64,000 nucleotides of DNA from an uncultured Gammaproteobacteria bacterium (GTDB lineage Bacteria; Patescibacteriota; Patescibacteriia; UBA9934; CAMTUG01). Location: NCBI GenBank assembly GCA_964588955.1, contig CAZPQJ010000007.1, positions 3,128 to 67,127 on the forward strand, read 5' to 3'. The number at the start of each line of letters is the position of its first letter. Positions within the stretch are counted from its first letter, which is position 1. Shown piece by piece: positions 1 through 8,863 of the stretch. The translations under genes and the position numbers were made by a program. A model generated the notes under the pieces. That model was not told the origin of the DNA. It made no database searches and saw only the letters and a program-made list of their open reading frames with translations.

Positions 1-196
1 TGGTCGGCTTGTGTTTGGCAAGAACGCGCTTGGCAGACCAGGTGAGGAGGAGAATAAGGAGTGATTTCATAAAAACAAATAGTGAAAAGCCTAAGGTCCA
101 AACAATGTCTAAAAACTAAATGCGAAAATGTTAAACCGATTTAGTCTTTATGTTTTTAGTTTTTGTTTCGTCTTTTCAAGATTACGTATTTAGTCT

Positions 197-1951
197 TTAC
201 CGTTGCGGGGGTACTTCAAAGTACCTTAGCAAATACTCCGCAATCTGACCAAACAATGGCGCGGCAGTGGACTCAGCATACTGCACGTCGCGCGGGTGAT
301 CGATACGCACCACCATAGCGAACTTCGGGTCACCTACAGGGCCGTAGCCGGCAAAGGAACCGATTGTGGCATCACTGGAATAATGACCGTTGGCGCCAGC
401 CACCTGTGCGGTTCCCGTTTTGCCAGCAATGTAATACCCTGGCACACCCGCTTTCTTGCCGTGCCCATTCTCCACAACAGAAACCAACATGGCACTCACC
501 AAATTCGAAGTCTTTTCACTAATCACCTGCCGTATTTCTATAGGGGTCGTTTTCTCTACCCGCCCACTCGGATAATCTTTCTCCTCTACAATGTAGGGCT
601 GCATCAAGTGTCCGCCATTGCCAAGCGCCGCGTAAGCCGAGGCCATTTGTAGGGTGGTCGCCGTAATCCCTTGTCCAAAGGAAGCAGTGGCCGGATAGCA
701 ATCACTTTTTTGATCGAGCGAACTTATATCACCAGGCAGTTCCTTCGTTAACTCAATCCCCGTGTAGGAACCGAGCCCAAAGTTTTTCACGTAGTCGGCA
801 AATCGATCTTTACCCATGGTCTGCATCACAAAAATGACTCCTGTGTTGATGGACTCTTCCAGCACATTGGTCATGTTCTGCAATCCATACACGTGATCAT
901 CCGAGTTATGGATAGGAACATCACAGACCCCTTCCACGACACCCGTGTCTTCAAAAGTGGTCGACGGGGTCACCGCTCCAGCATCAATACCAGCAGCCAT
1001 GGTTAATCCTTTCATGATGGATCCCGGTTCGTAGGCATCAAAAATCGTCGGGTTGTTGAAGGTATTAATACTTTCCACGTTGCCATAATCATTAGGGTCA
1101 AAATCTGGCGATCCACACATAGCCAACACTTCTCCCGTGGTTGGATTCAAAATCACCACCGAACCGCCATCGGCACCATGTTTGAGCACCGCAGCGTTGA
1201 GCGCTTTGCAGGCGGTGTATTGAATGTTGCGATCGATGGTGAGCAACAAATCCGCGCCATCAACTGCTGGTTCATACGATCGATCACCAACCGGCACCAA
1301 GCGCCCGGCCGCTTGTTCCGATTGTAAAAACCCTGCCGTACCCGCCAACTCTTCATCCCAATAGCCTTCCGCTCCGTATTTGCCATTCACGCTTCCGTCA
1401 TCATTTGATCCAACAAAACCAAGAACCTGTCCGCCAAACCCTGTTTCCGGATAGGTGCGAAATGACTCGCGCACGTAGGCAATCCCGGCAAGTGCCCCGC
1501 TTTTTTTTGCCGCATCGATTTCCGCCAACTGCTCTTCTGGCACTTTGCGCTGAATAGGCTCGTAGGGATCTTCTTTCTTAGCCAGTTTATCTTGCAGCAG
1601 TAATTTGTCTTCATCGGTCATGCCCAAGATTCCGGCCAACGTCTCCGCCTCGGCATGTACATCTTTCACATTGCGTGGATCCGCATACACAAAACCCAGG
1701 TTGATGTTGGTGGCTACGGGGTAGCGTCCCCCATCTTTCAAATCACGGGCAAAAATTTCCCCGCGCTTGGGATACAAGTCTTCATAAAACGCATATTGCC
1801 CTTCGGCCAGAGCGGTGTAGTAGCCTCCATCGATCACCTGCAAGGTAAACAAACGCAACACAATAAATCCAGCACAGCCCAAAAAAAGAAACCGCAGCAC
1901 GGTTAAGCGCCCACTACCATCGGCTGAGGTTGTTTGGCGGCTTCCTCGCAT
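197..1951 (-). CDS. Penicillin-binding protein 2 / FtsI-type peptidoglycan D,D-transpeptidase
   Basis: 584-aa ORF with an N-terminal TM anchor. It carries the PBP transpeptidase motifs SxxK (PGSIMKGLT), SxN (HNSDD) and KTG (AGKTGTAQ). A dimerisation-domain-like N-terminal half is present. Confidence 0.85.
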   Translation of the reverse strand: MRGSRQTTSADGSGRLTVLRFLFLGCAGFIVLRLFTLQVIDGGYYTALAEGQYAFYEDLYPKRGEIFARDLKDGGRYPVATNINLGFVYADPRNVKDVHAEAETLAGILGMTDEDKLLLQDKLAKKEDPYEPIQRKVPEEQLAEIDAAKKSGALAGIAYVRESFRTYPETGFGGQVLGFVGSNDDGSVNGKYGAEGYWDEELAGTAGFLQSEQAAGRLVPVGDRSYEPAVDGADLLLTIDRNIQYTACKALNAAVLKHGADGGSVVILNPTTGEVLAMCGSPDFDPNDYGNVESINTFNNPTIFDAYEPGSIMKGLTMAAGIDAGAVTPSTTFEDTGVVEGVCDVPIHNSDDHVYGLQNMTNVLEESINTGVIFVMQTMGKDRFADYVKNFGLGSYTGIELTKELPGDISSLDQKSDCYPATASFGQGITATTLQMASAYAALGNGGHLMQPYIVEEKDYPSGRVEKTTPIEIRQVISEKTSNLVSAMLVSVVENGHGKKAGVPGYYIAGKTGTAQVAGANGHYSSDATIGSFAGYGPVGDPKFAMVVRIDHPRDVQYAESTAAPLFGQIAEYLLRYFEVPPQR

Positions 1952-1954
1952 AGG

Positions 1955-3133
1955 CTATTGGGGTAAACCAAAACTGAAGATGGATCCACTGCCGCGCGGA
2001 TTAGAAGAATGCTCAACTTCTTCGCCATCGTTGACTCCGTCGCCGTCGGTGTCCGGATTAGTGGGATCAGTGCCGTAGAAAAATTCAAACCCGTTGCCTA
2101 AGCCATCTTTGTCTGGATCCGTATCTTCTTCCGCCGCCGAAGCGGTATTGCCGGGCAAGGAACCAAAGGAAGAAGTCGCGCCGATCGGTGCGTGTGCCCG
2201 TGCCTCTTGCGAGGTCGGCAAAGCAGCAACGTTAAACCCAAGTTTGCCGAGCGCTTCCGTAATACTCGCGTTTGGATGCGGCGCCTCAATAGAAACCGGC
2301 TGATTGAAATCACTGACGTTGATTTCCAACGTTTGATCCGTCGTCGAGAACGTCAATCGATGGAGCAAAAACGACTTGCGTCCAATCCACAACGTACCCT
2401 GTCCGCTTCCCCAGGCGGCAATCTGGTCAGTCATCGCCTGAAACGTTTGCGGATCAATTGCCGTACCATGACGCATTTCCCAGAGCGTTGCCAAGAAAAC
2501 CGTCATCCCCTCTTTGTCGATGGTGAAGGTATACGGCAAGGCGGCATCGCCATCAATCACCTCAACGCCCCCTGTTTTCGAGGCGTCCACAAGATCAATC
2601 TTTCCCAGCAAGCGCGACAAATCATTCACGTCATCCTCGGTTACATCACGCAACCAATCGCCTCCGGAAAGAGCGGCAAACGAAAAAGTGTCGGGAATAA
2701 TAATCCATTGCTTTTCAAACGCGGACAAATCAACGTCGCCGTACACCGGAGCGTTAGCCAAATACAAATACCGTGTTCCCGCGATGTCGCGATACTCGCC
2801 ATACGGATTACCGTCTTCGACCGACGTGTTGATCGCAAACGTTTGCGCAAAGGATGGCTTGGTCTTGTCGGTCAAATCCACCTGCCCTTGTGAACCCACA
2901 TGTACAGAAAATTCCTCCGCGGGCGGAGGAAAAAAAGGCACACGGGAAACAGACGCGTCCGCCCATTCGGTTTTGATCGTCATGGTCTTTATTGTGGACA
3001 TGGTCTGCAGCATCCGTCGGACATCGCTATTCAAGCCGCGTCCAAAAAGGAACCAGCAAACAAGAACGGCGGCGCTCAAGAGCACCGCCGAGACCGCGAA
3101 CAGTCCAACCAATTTTGTCGGATTGATCTGCAT
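1955..3133 (-). CDS. Hypothetical membrane-anchored protein with C-terminal thrombospondin-type-3-like Ca-binding Asp repeats
   Basis: 392-aa ORF with an N-terminal TM helix. The C-terminus reads DPDKDGLGNGFEFFYGTDPTNPDTDGDGVNDGEE. It lies 4 bp upstream of the PBP gene on the same strand. Confidence 0.5.
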   Translation of the reverse strand: MQINPTKLVGLFAVSAVLLSAAVLVCWFLFGRGLNSDVRRMLQTMSTIKTMTIKTEWADASVSRVPFFPPPAEEFSVHVGSQGQVDLTDKTKPSFAQTFAINTSVEDGNPYGEYRDIAGTRYLYLANAPVYGDVDLSAFEKQWIIIPDTFSFAALSGGDWLRDVTEDDVNDLSRLLGKIDLVDASKTGGVEVIDGDAALPYTFTIDKEGMTVFLATLWEMRHGTAIDPQTFQAMTDQIAAWGSGQGTLWIGRKSFLLHRLTFSTTDQTLEINVSDFNQPVSIEAPHPNASITEALGKLGFNVAALPTSQEARAHAPIGATSSFGSLPGNTASAAEEDTDPDKDGLGNGFEFFYGTDPTNPDTDGDGVNDGEEVEHSSNPRGSGSIFSFGLPQ

Positions 3134-3138
3134 GAAGC

Positions 3139-3585
3139 TTAGGCGACTCTTACGTCATCTTCGCCCAGCATCTTACCATAAAACCACATCTCTTCGCCAA
3201 AGCCGGTCCAGACCAAACAGCGCAGTAATCCGCTGCCTTCCCCTTCGTACTGTTTGACCTCAAAGGCATCGCCTACTTCCTGTTCCACCTCGCCTTCGGC
3301 CAATTTGACCGATCCTTGATCTTCTTCCACCTCTTCGTAACTCTTGCTCAAATAGGTGGCGTAATCATCTTCCTCGGAAACTTCTTCTTCGCAGGGACGC
3401 AAGGAAATCAATTCGTCACCTTCCTGATCAATCACGAGCCATGCTCCGTCGGTTGACCACAGCCAGATCACGCGGTCGCCGGTCGCCAATTCTACTTTCT
3501 CAATTCCCGCAACCATGAACTCACGATCGTCTACGTATAAAAGCGCGTCCGTCGTTGCTTGTTCTAAAATCTCGTCAAAGGACAT
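3139..3585 (-). CDS. Hypothetical acidic protein
   Basis: 148-aa ORF rich in Glu/Asp. It is co-directional and tightly spaced with the two genes downstream. A putative promoter lies upstream: TTGACA-16-TATCAT at 3650..3623 on the minus strand. Confidence 0.5.
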   Translation of the reverse strand: MSFDEILEQATTDALLYVDDREFMVAGIEKVELATGDRVIWLWSTDGAWLVIDQEGDELISLRPCEEEVSEEDDYATYLSKSYEEVEEDQGSVKLAEGEVEQEVGDAFEVKQYEGEGSGLLRCLVWTGFGEEMWFYGKMLGEDDVRVA

Positions 3586-3701
3586 AAGGCATCGGTCAGC
3601 AAATAAATTATCTACATGTGCGATGATATCGTGAAAAAAAAATGTGTCAAGTACATCGCCGCAAAAAACAAAAACCGACTACGTTTTCGTAATCAGTTTC
3701 C

Positions 3702-3777
3702 TGGTCGGGCCGGCGGGACTTGAACCCACGGCCTCTACGTCCCGAACGTAGCGCTCTACCTACTGAGCTACGGCCCG
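3702..3777 (-). tRNA. tRNA-Pro (anticodon CGG)
   Basis: The reverse complement folds as a cloverleaf. The acceptor stem is CGGGCCG/CGGCCCG, the D-arm is GCTC-AGTAGGTA-GAGC, and the anticodon stem is CTACG/CGTAG around the loop TTCGGGA. G37 is present, the T-arm is GTGGG-TTCAAGT-CCCGC, and CCA is encoded. Confidence 0.8.
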
Positions 3778-3877
3778 ACATTGCAGCGCCTTCGTCGACG
3801 ATGCCCCAAGAAGATACCCAATCCCTTGAAAAAGATCAAGGTTTGGATTAGACTCATGGGCACAAGAATCGTTCGAA

Positions 3878-3992
3878 AATGGATGAGATTTCGTTGAACG
3901 GGATGCCAGACTCCGAAACGTATGAATAATACGTTGAGGGGTTGGCAGGGACCTGTGAAACGAAAGCTCGCCAGTTTTGAACGATTCTCTAA
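3878..3992. repeat. Copy 1 of a ~115-nt repeated structured element ('element B'), immediately upstream of tRNA-Pro(GGG)
   Basis: It shares three blocks with 20832..20950 and 35495..35612. The 5' block is gaaaatggatgagatttcgttgaacggg. A central hairpin reads acgtatgaataatacgt. The 3' block reads gaaacgaaagctcgccagttttgaacgattc. The ends pair with each other (gaaaatgg / ccagttttg). Confidence 0.55.
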
Positions 3993-4067
3993 CGGGCTAT
4001 GGCGCAGTGGTAGCGCGCTTGCATGGGGTGCAAGAGGTCGAGGGTTCAAGTCCCTCTAGCCCGACCA
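3993..4067 (+). tRNA. tRNA-Pro (anticodon GGG)
   Basis: The acceptor stem is CGGGCTA/TAGCCCG. The D-arm is GCGC-AGTGGTA-GCGC. The anticodon stem is CTTGC/GCAAG around the loop ATGGGGT. The T-arm is GAGGG-TTCAAGT-CCCTC, followed by ACCA. Confidence 0.8.
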
Positions 4068-4097
4068 AAAATTCTTACTTCGGTAGGAATTTTTTTG
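4068..4097 (+). terminator. Rho-independent terminator after the tRNA
   Basis: The stem aattcttac/gtaggaatt closes the loop ttcg and is followed by TTTTTTT. Confidence 0.7.
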
Positions 4098-4188
4098 TTG
4101 GGCTGGAGTAGACCAAACTAGACAAATTCTCTTCAATAGACTAAACCATACCCGTCTCAGAGCATCTCGCGCGAGACAGGAGACCTTC

Positions 4189-4644
4189 ATGCACGAAGAA
4201 ACGACGAAGCGCACGCAGAATCTGACAGCACTGGTGATTGCGCTTGTCAACAAAGGCGTGCTGATCGGTGAACGGGTGGCGATCAACGAAGGTGGTATCG
4301 TCTACTACGAATGGCCGATCGGGAGAAACAGGACGATCGTCATGAGCGTCCGTGACGACGGGCACTGGATCAGCGGCGGCTGGCCGGATCAGACCACGCT
4401 CGCGATCCACTTCCGAGATCCCACCTGGAGTCTCACCTTCTACGCATCGAGGGACGACACGCGCTTCACCTCCAGCAACGCGCCTCCCCTGCCGCGAGGA
4501 CTTAACAAACGAACGGCACCGCAAAACGGCTGGTATCGCTTCTGGAAAGACAAGCTCAACATCCCGACGGTCACGCTCACGCTCGAAGAGCTGGTGGCGA
4601 CCATCGCCTGGTACCTCAACTGGGCCACTCTCCGAGAACCCTAG
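4189..4644 (+). CDS. Hypothetical protein (Trp-rich), in a locally high-GC (~60%) cassette next to a tRNA
   Basis: 151-aa ORF preceded by the RBS acaGGAGAcc. A hairpin with a U-tract follows at ~4657-4720. The antisense ORF 4141..4656 is judged to be a shadow. Confidence 0.5.
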   Translation: MHEETTKRTQNLTALVIALVNKGVLIGERVAINEGGIVYYEWPIGRNRTIVMSVRDDGHWISGGWPDQTTLAIHFRDPTWSLTFYASRDDTRFTSSNAPPLPRGLNKRTAPQNGWYRFWKDKLNIPTVTLTLEELVATIAWYLNWATLREP

Positions 4645-4738
4645 CCTCACCCTCATCCCGCACCGCCTCGCGGTCGAAGCGCCCCCTCGCGCTCCTGCGG
4701 GCGGTGCGTTTTCGATTTTGAGGTATAATCAACCCACT

Positions 4739-5533
4739 ATGTTTCAAAAGCCTATACGACGCTTCCGACCACGAGGACAAGCAGTGGCTCATAAGGCTAC
4801 GTCTTGGGGACCAGTAGCGGAATGGTACGACAAACTACTAGAACAAAAAGGCACCTTTCAAAAAGAGGTCATTTTGCCAAACCTCCTGCGGATGATGCAG
4901 ATCAAACGTGGGATGAAGATTATTGATATTGCCTGCGGTACCGGATTTTTTAGCCGCACGTTTTTTCAACAAGGTGCCGAGGTAGTCGGAGTGGATATTT
5001 CTAAAGAATTAGTCGACATCGCCCGACACGATTCCCCGCCAGGGATCGACTACAAAGTAACGCCGGCGGAGAAGCTTGGCATTTTTGCGGATGCGTCATT
5101 TGACGCGGCGGTGATTATTCTCGCCATTCAAAATATTCAGCGCTATCAAAAAGCGTTGGCGGAAGCTGGGCGGGTGTTGAAACCGGGAGGAAAACTGTTC
5201 ATCGTCATGAACCACCCAACCTTTCGCATTCCCCGCGCCAGCGGATGGAAATTCATTGGCGAAGCGCAAGTGCGATTGGTGGAACGCTACCTAGGCGAAT
5301 TTGAAGTGGCTATGCGCACCCACGGCGAGGAGCACACCAGTGTGGAAACGGTCAGTTTTCATCGCCCGCTGCAAAGCTATGCCAAAGCCCTTAAGGCGGC
5401 AGGGCTTGCCATTACAGACATGGAAGAATGGATCTCTCATAAAGTCAGCGATTCTGGTCCACGTGCCGAAGCGGAAAATCGCGCTCGCCAAGAAATTCCC
5501 TTGTTCATGGCAATCGAAGCCACCAAGTTATGA
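4739..5533 (+). CDS. Class I SAM-dependent methyltransferase (Methyltransf_11/25-like)
   Basis: Motif I reads IIDIACGTGFFS. Acidic D and GGKLF follow it. The start was chosen at MFQKP. The upstream part of track ORF 4352..5533 is low-complexity and overlaps the 4189..4644 gene. TATAAT at 4724..4729 lies 9 nt before the ATG. Confidence 0.75.
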   Translation: MFQKPIRRFRPRGQAVAHKATSWGPVAEWYDKLLEQKGTFQKEVILPNLLRMMQIKRGMKIIDIACGTGFFSRTFFQQGAEVVGVDISKELVDIARHDSPPGIDYKVTPAEKLGIFADASFDAAVIILAIQNIQRYQKALAEAGRVLKPGGKLFIVMNHPTFRIPRASGWKFIGEAQVRLVERYLGEFEVAMRTHGEEHTSVETVSFHRPLQSYAKALKAAGLAITDMEEWISHKVSDSGPRAEAENRARQEIPLFMAIEATKL

Positions 5534-6192
5534 AAAAAATCCATCGCTTTCTGCTGCCATCTGATCTCGCCCATCAACTGCGAGATGTATTGAAAATGGA
5601 GATTGAGGAAGAGGTTGATTTGATTGACGGCGCAGGCGTGGAAGGTCGGGCGAAGATTGTTGCGCTGCAACCAAACGTCGAGGTGGAACTCACAAATATT
5701 CAACACAGTCAGGCGGAGCCGACGATTAAAGTCACTCTCTACGCCGCAATTTTGAAACGAGAAAACTTCGAAATGATTGTGCAAAAAGCCACCGAGGTTG
5801 GCGTGAGTGAAATTGTTCCCATCATCACGGCACGGACAATCAAAACGGGATTAAAACTTGATCGTCTGCAAAAGATTGCTGCTGAAGCGGCAGAGCAAGC
5901 CGGGCGAGCGGTGGTGCCGATCGTTCATGACGCGATTTCGTTCAAACAATCCCTTGTCGATTGCGCACGCAATGATGTGAATGTTATATCGGATCCCTCA
6001 GGCGAGGCACAGTGGCCCCGCCTATACGGATCCGTGGGGTTGTTCGTGGGACCCGAAGGTGGATGGACGCCGGAAGAACTACATGAAGCGCAGGCAGCCA
6101 AATGCCAACCTCAAACGCTGGGCAACCAAATTTTACGCGGAGAAACCGCGGCGGTCATCGCCACTTACCTTGCTGTGCACAAAAGACTATAG
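5530..6192 (+). CDS. rsmE: 16S rRNA (uracil1498-N3)-methyltransferase RsmE (SPOUT family)
   Basis: 220-aa ORF with the motifs GPEGGWT and LRGETAAV and a PUA-like N-terminus. It overlaps the upstream methyltransferase stop by 4 bp. Confidence 0.8.
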   Translation: MKKIHRFLLPSDLAHQLRDVLKMEIEEEVDLIDGAGVEGRAKIVALQPNVEVELTNIQHSQAEPTIKVTLYAAILKRENFEMIVQKATEVGVSEIVPIITARTIKTGLKLDRLQKIAAEAAEQAGRAVVPIVHDAISFKQSLVDCARNDVNVISDPSGEAQWPRLYGSVGLFVGPEGGWTPEELHEAQAAKCQPQTLGNQILRGETAAVIATYLAVHKRL

Positions 6193-6220
6193 TAGAGGGA
6201 GGGAGTGATCATCCCTTCCT

Positions 6221-7426
6221 GTGAAAAAAGCGTTTTTTCTTATTGCGATCGTGATCGTGGCCGTCGGGCTGGGATATGCCGGATATCGCTTATATCAGAG
6301 CGCCGGTGGTATTGGACCTGTTTTGTTGCCCGTTTCAGAAAACGCCGCCGAAGAAGTCATCGCCAACGCCTCGCCGTTTCAGATTCCCAGCGGCTTTTCG
6401 TTATCCGTATTTTCCAAAGATGTTCCCGGAGCGCGGGTAATGACGTATGACCCCGCAGGAACATTGCTTGTCAGTTTGACCTCAAAAAATAAAGTCGTTG
6501 CTTTGCCTGATAGTGATGGCAACGGCGCCGATGAAGTGATCACTGTCCTCGATGGACTAAGCCATCCGCACGGCATGATGTTTTATCAAGACAAACTGTA
6601 CGTCGCTGAAGAGCAACGGGTGGTCGGATACGACTACGACGCGACCGCGCATACAGCATCCAATCCGAAAAAACTGCTCGATCTTCCAAGCGGCGGCCGT
6701 CACACGACACGCACCTTGATGATGCTACCCTATCCACAAGAGACAACCGTGCTCATTTCCGTGGGTTCAAGCTGCGATGTGTGCAACGAGGCGGATCCAA
6801 ACACGCGCGCGGCGATTCTGGCCTACGACTTTACCACAGGCCAAATCAGCACCTACGCCACAGGGTTACGTAACGCCGTGTTTCTTGCCACACAACCGGT
6901 GGACGGGAGCACCTGGGCCACAGAGATGGGGCGCGATCACTTGGGCAACGACTTGCCGCCCGATGAAATTAATATCGTCAGCCCTGGCAAGGACTTTGGT
7001 TGGCCTATTTGCTACGGACAAAATATTCACGACACTACCTTCGACAAAAACCAATACATCCGCGACCCGTGCGCAGACAAGCAACCGTCGCACATCGACT
7101 TACCCGCACACGTGGCACCCCTTGGCCTCGCCTTTATTCCCGAGGAGGGTTGGCCGGAAGATTGGTGGTATGATTTGTTGGTGGCCGAACATGGCTCCTG
7201 GAATAGCACCACGCCCGTGGGATACAAAATCGCTCGTCTCAAATTGGACGCACAAGGAAATTATTCTGGAACGGAAGATTTTATGACGGGCTTTTTGCAA
7301 GGCGCCTTAGCCGCTGGTCGGCCAGTGGATATTTTGGTACAACCCGGGGGAACGGTCTATGTGTCCGACGACAAAGCCGGAGTGATTTATCGCTTAAATC
7401 GCCTTGTGGATCCCGCAGGGCTTTAA
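6221..7426 (+). CDS. PQQ-dependent sugar dehydrogenase (YliI/soluble aldose dehydrogenase-like beta-propeller)
   Basis: 401-aa ORF with an N-terminal TM/signal sequence. The layout is GSDH-like: FSLSVFSKDVPGARVMTYDPAGTLLVS, then HGSWNS, then YVSDDKAGVIYRL. Confidence 0.65.
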   Translation: MKKAFFLIAIVIVAVGLGYAGYRLYQSAGGIGPVLLPVSENAAEEVIANASPFQIPSGFSLSVFSKDVPGARVMTYDPAGTLLVSLTSKNKVVALPDSDGNGADEVITVLDGLSHPHGMMFYQDKLYVAEEQRVVGYDYDATAHTASNPKKLLDLPSGGRHTTRTLMMLPYPQETTVLISVGSSCDVCNEADPNTRAAILAYDFTTGQISTYATGLRNAVFLATQPVDGSTWATEMGRDHLGNDLPPDEINIVSPGKDFGWPICYGQNIHDTTFDKNQYIRDPCADKQPSHIDLPAHVAPLGLAFIPEEGWPEDWWYDLLVAEHGSWNSTTPVGYKIARLKLDAQGNYSGTEDFMTGFLQGALAAGRPVDILVQPGGTVYVSDDKAGVIYRLNRLVDPAGL

Positions 7427-7435
7427 TCCATAGCT

Positions 7436-7966
7436 ATGAAAAAACTTCTTTACGTTTTCTGTACCGTTGGACTGATCACCATCGCCGTCGTGCTGACCCT
7501 CACCTTCACTTCTCGTCCGACAACAACCACGAACGCGACAAACACCTCGACGAACACTAACGCCGTCGTGAATACTCCGACAGGGCGTCCGAATGGTGGC
7601 TTAGCGGTGCGACCCAATAAAGACGACTTGATTATCGTGAATAATTTAACAGCCAACGCGGTGGTAGAAAGCCCGCTTACGATTGAAGGTGAAGCGCGCG
7701 GCAGCTGGTACTTTGAAGCCGTCTTCCCTGTCGCTCTTTATGATGCCGATGGTAATGTGATCGCCAGTGGTCAGGCACAAGCACAAAGTGACTGGATGAC
7801 GAGCGACTATGTACCGTTTACGGTTACACTCACCTTTAGCAAACCTACCACCGAGACGGGTGTGTTGAAACTGATGAAAGACAATCCTTCCGGTGATCCC
7901 GCGCGCGATAACGCACTCGATATTCCCGTACGCTTTGTAGCGAGCGGTGAAGTCATCAATCAATAA
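7436..7966 (+). CDS. Secreted protein with a Gmad2 immunoglobulin-like domain
   Basis: A signal/TM sequence is followed by a Thr/Asn-rich linker. The C-terminus reads ESPLTIEGEARGSWYFEAVFPVALYDADGNVIASGQAQAQSDWMTSDYVPF, which is typical of Gmad2. Confidence 0.55.
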   Translation: MKKLLYVFCTVGLITIAVVLTLTFTSRPTTTTNATNTSTNTNAVVNTPTGRPNGGLAVRPNKDDLIIVNNLTANAVVESPLTIEGEARGSWYFEAVFPVALYDADGNVIASGQAQAQSDWMTSDYVPFTVTLTFSKPTTETGVLKLMKDNPSGDPARDNALDIPVRFVASGEVINQ

Positions 7967-7967
7967 T

Positions 7968-8291
7968 ATGGATTTAACGCAAAAGAAATGCGTGGCTTGC
8001 GAAGGCGGCACGCCACCACTCACGGCCGATCAAGTCGCGACGTACTTAGCGGAACTGAAAACGCCATGGGAAGTGATCGACAATAAAAAAATTCGCCATC
8101 TCTACACCTTCATCGATTTCAAGGAAGCGATGGCCTTCGTGAACAAGGTGGCCGACGTTGCCGAAGCGGAGCAGCATCATCCGGATATTACGGTCAGCTG
8201 GAATAAGGTAACGATCGAACTCACCACTCATTCCATTGGAGGCTTATCGGAAAACGATTTCATTGTGGCCAGCAAGATCGAGACGATCTAA
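7968..8291 (+). CDS. phhB: 4a-hydroxytetrahydrobiopterin dehydratase (pterin-4a-carbinolamine dehydratase, DCoH/PhhB)
   Basis: The [EA]EQHHPDI motif is present and the protein is ~108 aa. The start was chosen at MDLTQ. The track start at 7947 would overlap the upstream gene. Confidence 0.8.
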   Translation: MDLTQKKCVACEGGTPPLTADQVATYLAELKTPWEVIDNKKIRHLYTFIDFKEAMAFVNKVADVAEAEQHHPDITVSWNKVTIELTTHSIGGLSENDFIVASKIETI

Positions 8292-8863
8292 AAATCAATT
8301 CCTTCGCGTGCTTTGACGCCGGAATAAAAATAATGTTTGACTAACTTCACTTCCGAAACCAGATGCGCTTTTTTCTTAAAAGATTCTGGTGCATTGCGGC
8401 CGGTTAAAATCATTTCCAATCGATCGGGTTTGCGCTCTAACAAATCCAGTACCTCCTGCTCATCCAAAAATCCGAGTGCGGTACTTGAATTCACTTCATC
8501 CAGCACGAGCAGATCATAATGGTCAGACGTGATCAGCTCAAGCGCCTTAGCCAAACCGGCGCGACCGAGAGCGCGGTCTTCTTCGGTAATCGAAAAATCA
8601 AATCGACCGCTGACAGGATCAATGCGATCGCGTCCGAAGGCGTGCCATTCCACTCCAAGCCGATCGAACACACGGCGCTCCATGTAATGCTCCCCGCCTT
8701 TATCAAAATAGAGAAACGCCGCTTTCTTTCCCGCTCCCAGCGTACGAATCACCGACCCAATCGCCGAGGTTGTTTTCCCCTTGCCGTCGCCAGTAACGAC
8801 TTGAATCAAGCCGTAGCCTTGGCGGCCTTTAATGCGCTCATCAAGAATCGGCTGATCGCTCAT
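8288..8863 (-). CDS. cobO: Cob(I)yrinic acid a,c-diamide / cob(I)alamin adenosyltransferase (CobA/CobO/BtuR family)
   Basis: A P-loop (VVTGDGKGKTTSAIG) is followed by DEVN, HYDLLVLDE and LILTGRNAPE, which is characteristic of the family. Confidence 0.8.
   Translation of the reverse strand: MSDQPILDERIKGRQGYGLIQVVTGDGKGKTTSAIGSVIRTLGAGKKAAFLYFDKGGEHYMERRVFDRLGVEWHAFGRDRIDPVSGRFDFSITEEDRALGRAGLAKALELITSDHYDLLVLDEVNSSTALGFLDEQEVLDLLERKPDRLEMILTGRNAPESFKKKAHLVSEVKLVKHYFYSGVKAREGIDF

Noticed and set aside
1-70. Partial minus-strand ORF running off the window start (MKSLLILLLTWSAKRVLAKHKPT...)
   Set aside because: Only 23 codons are visible. It could be the signal-peptide N-terminus of a gene continuing upstream of the window, but it is too short to call.
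4352-4738. N-terminal 129-aa extension of the methyltransferase ORF (track 4352..5533)
   Set aside because: The extension is R/S/T/P-rich low complexity in a high-GC stretch. It overlaps the better-supported 4189..4644 gene and its terminator. The conserved methyltransferase fold begins near MFQKP (4739).
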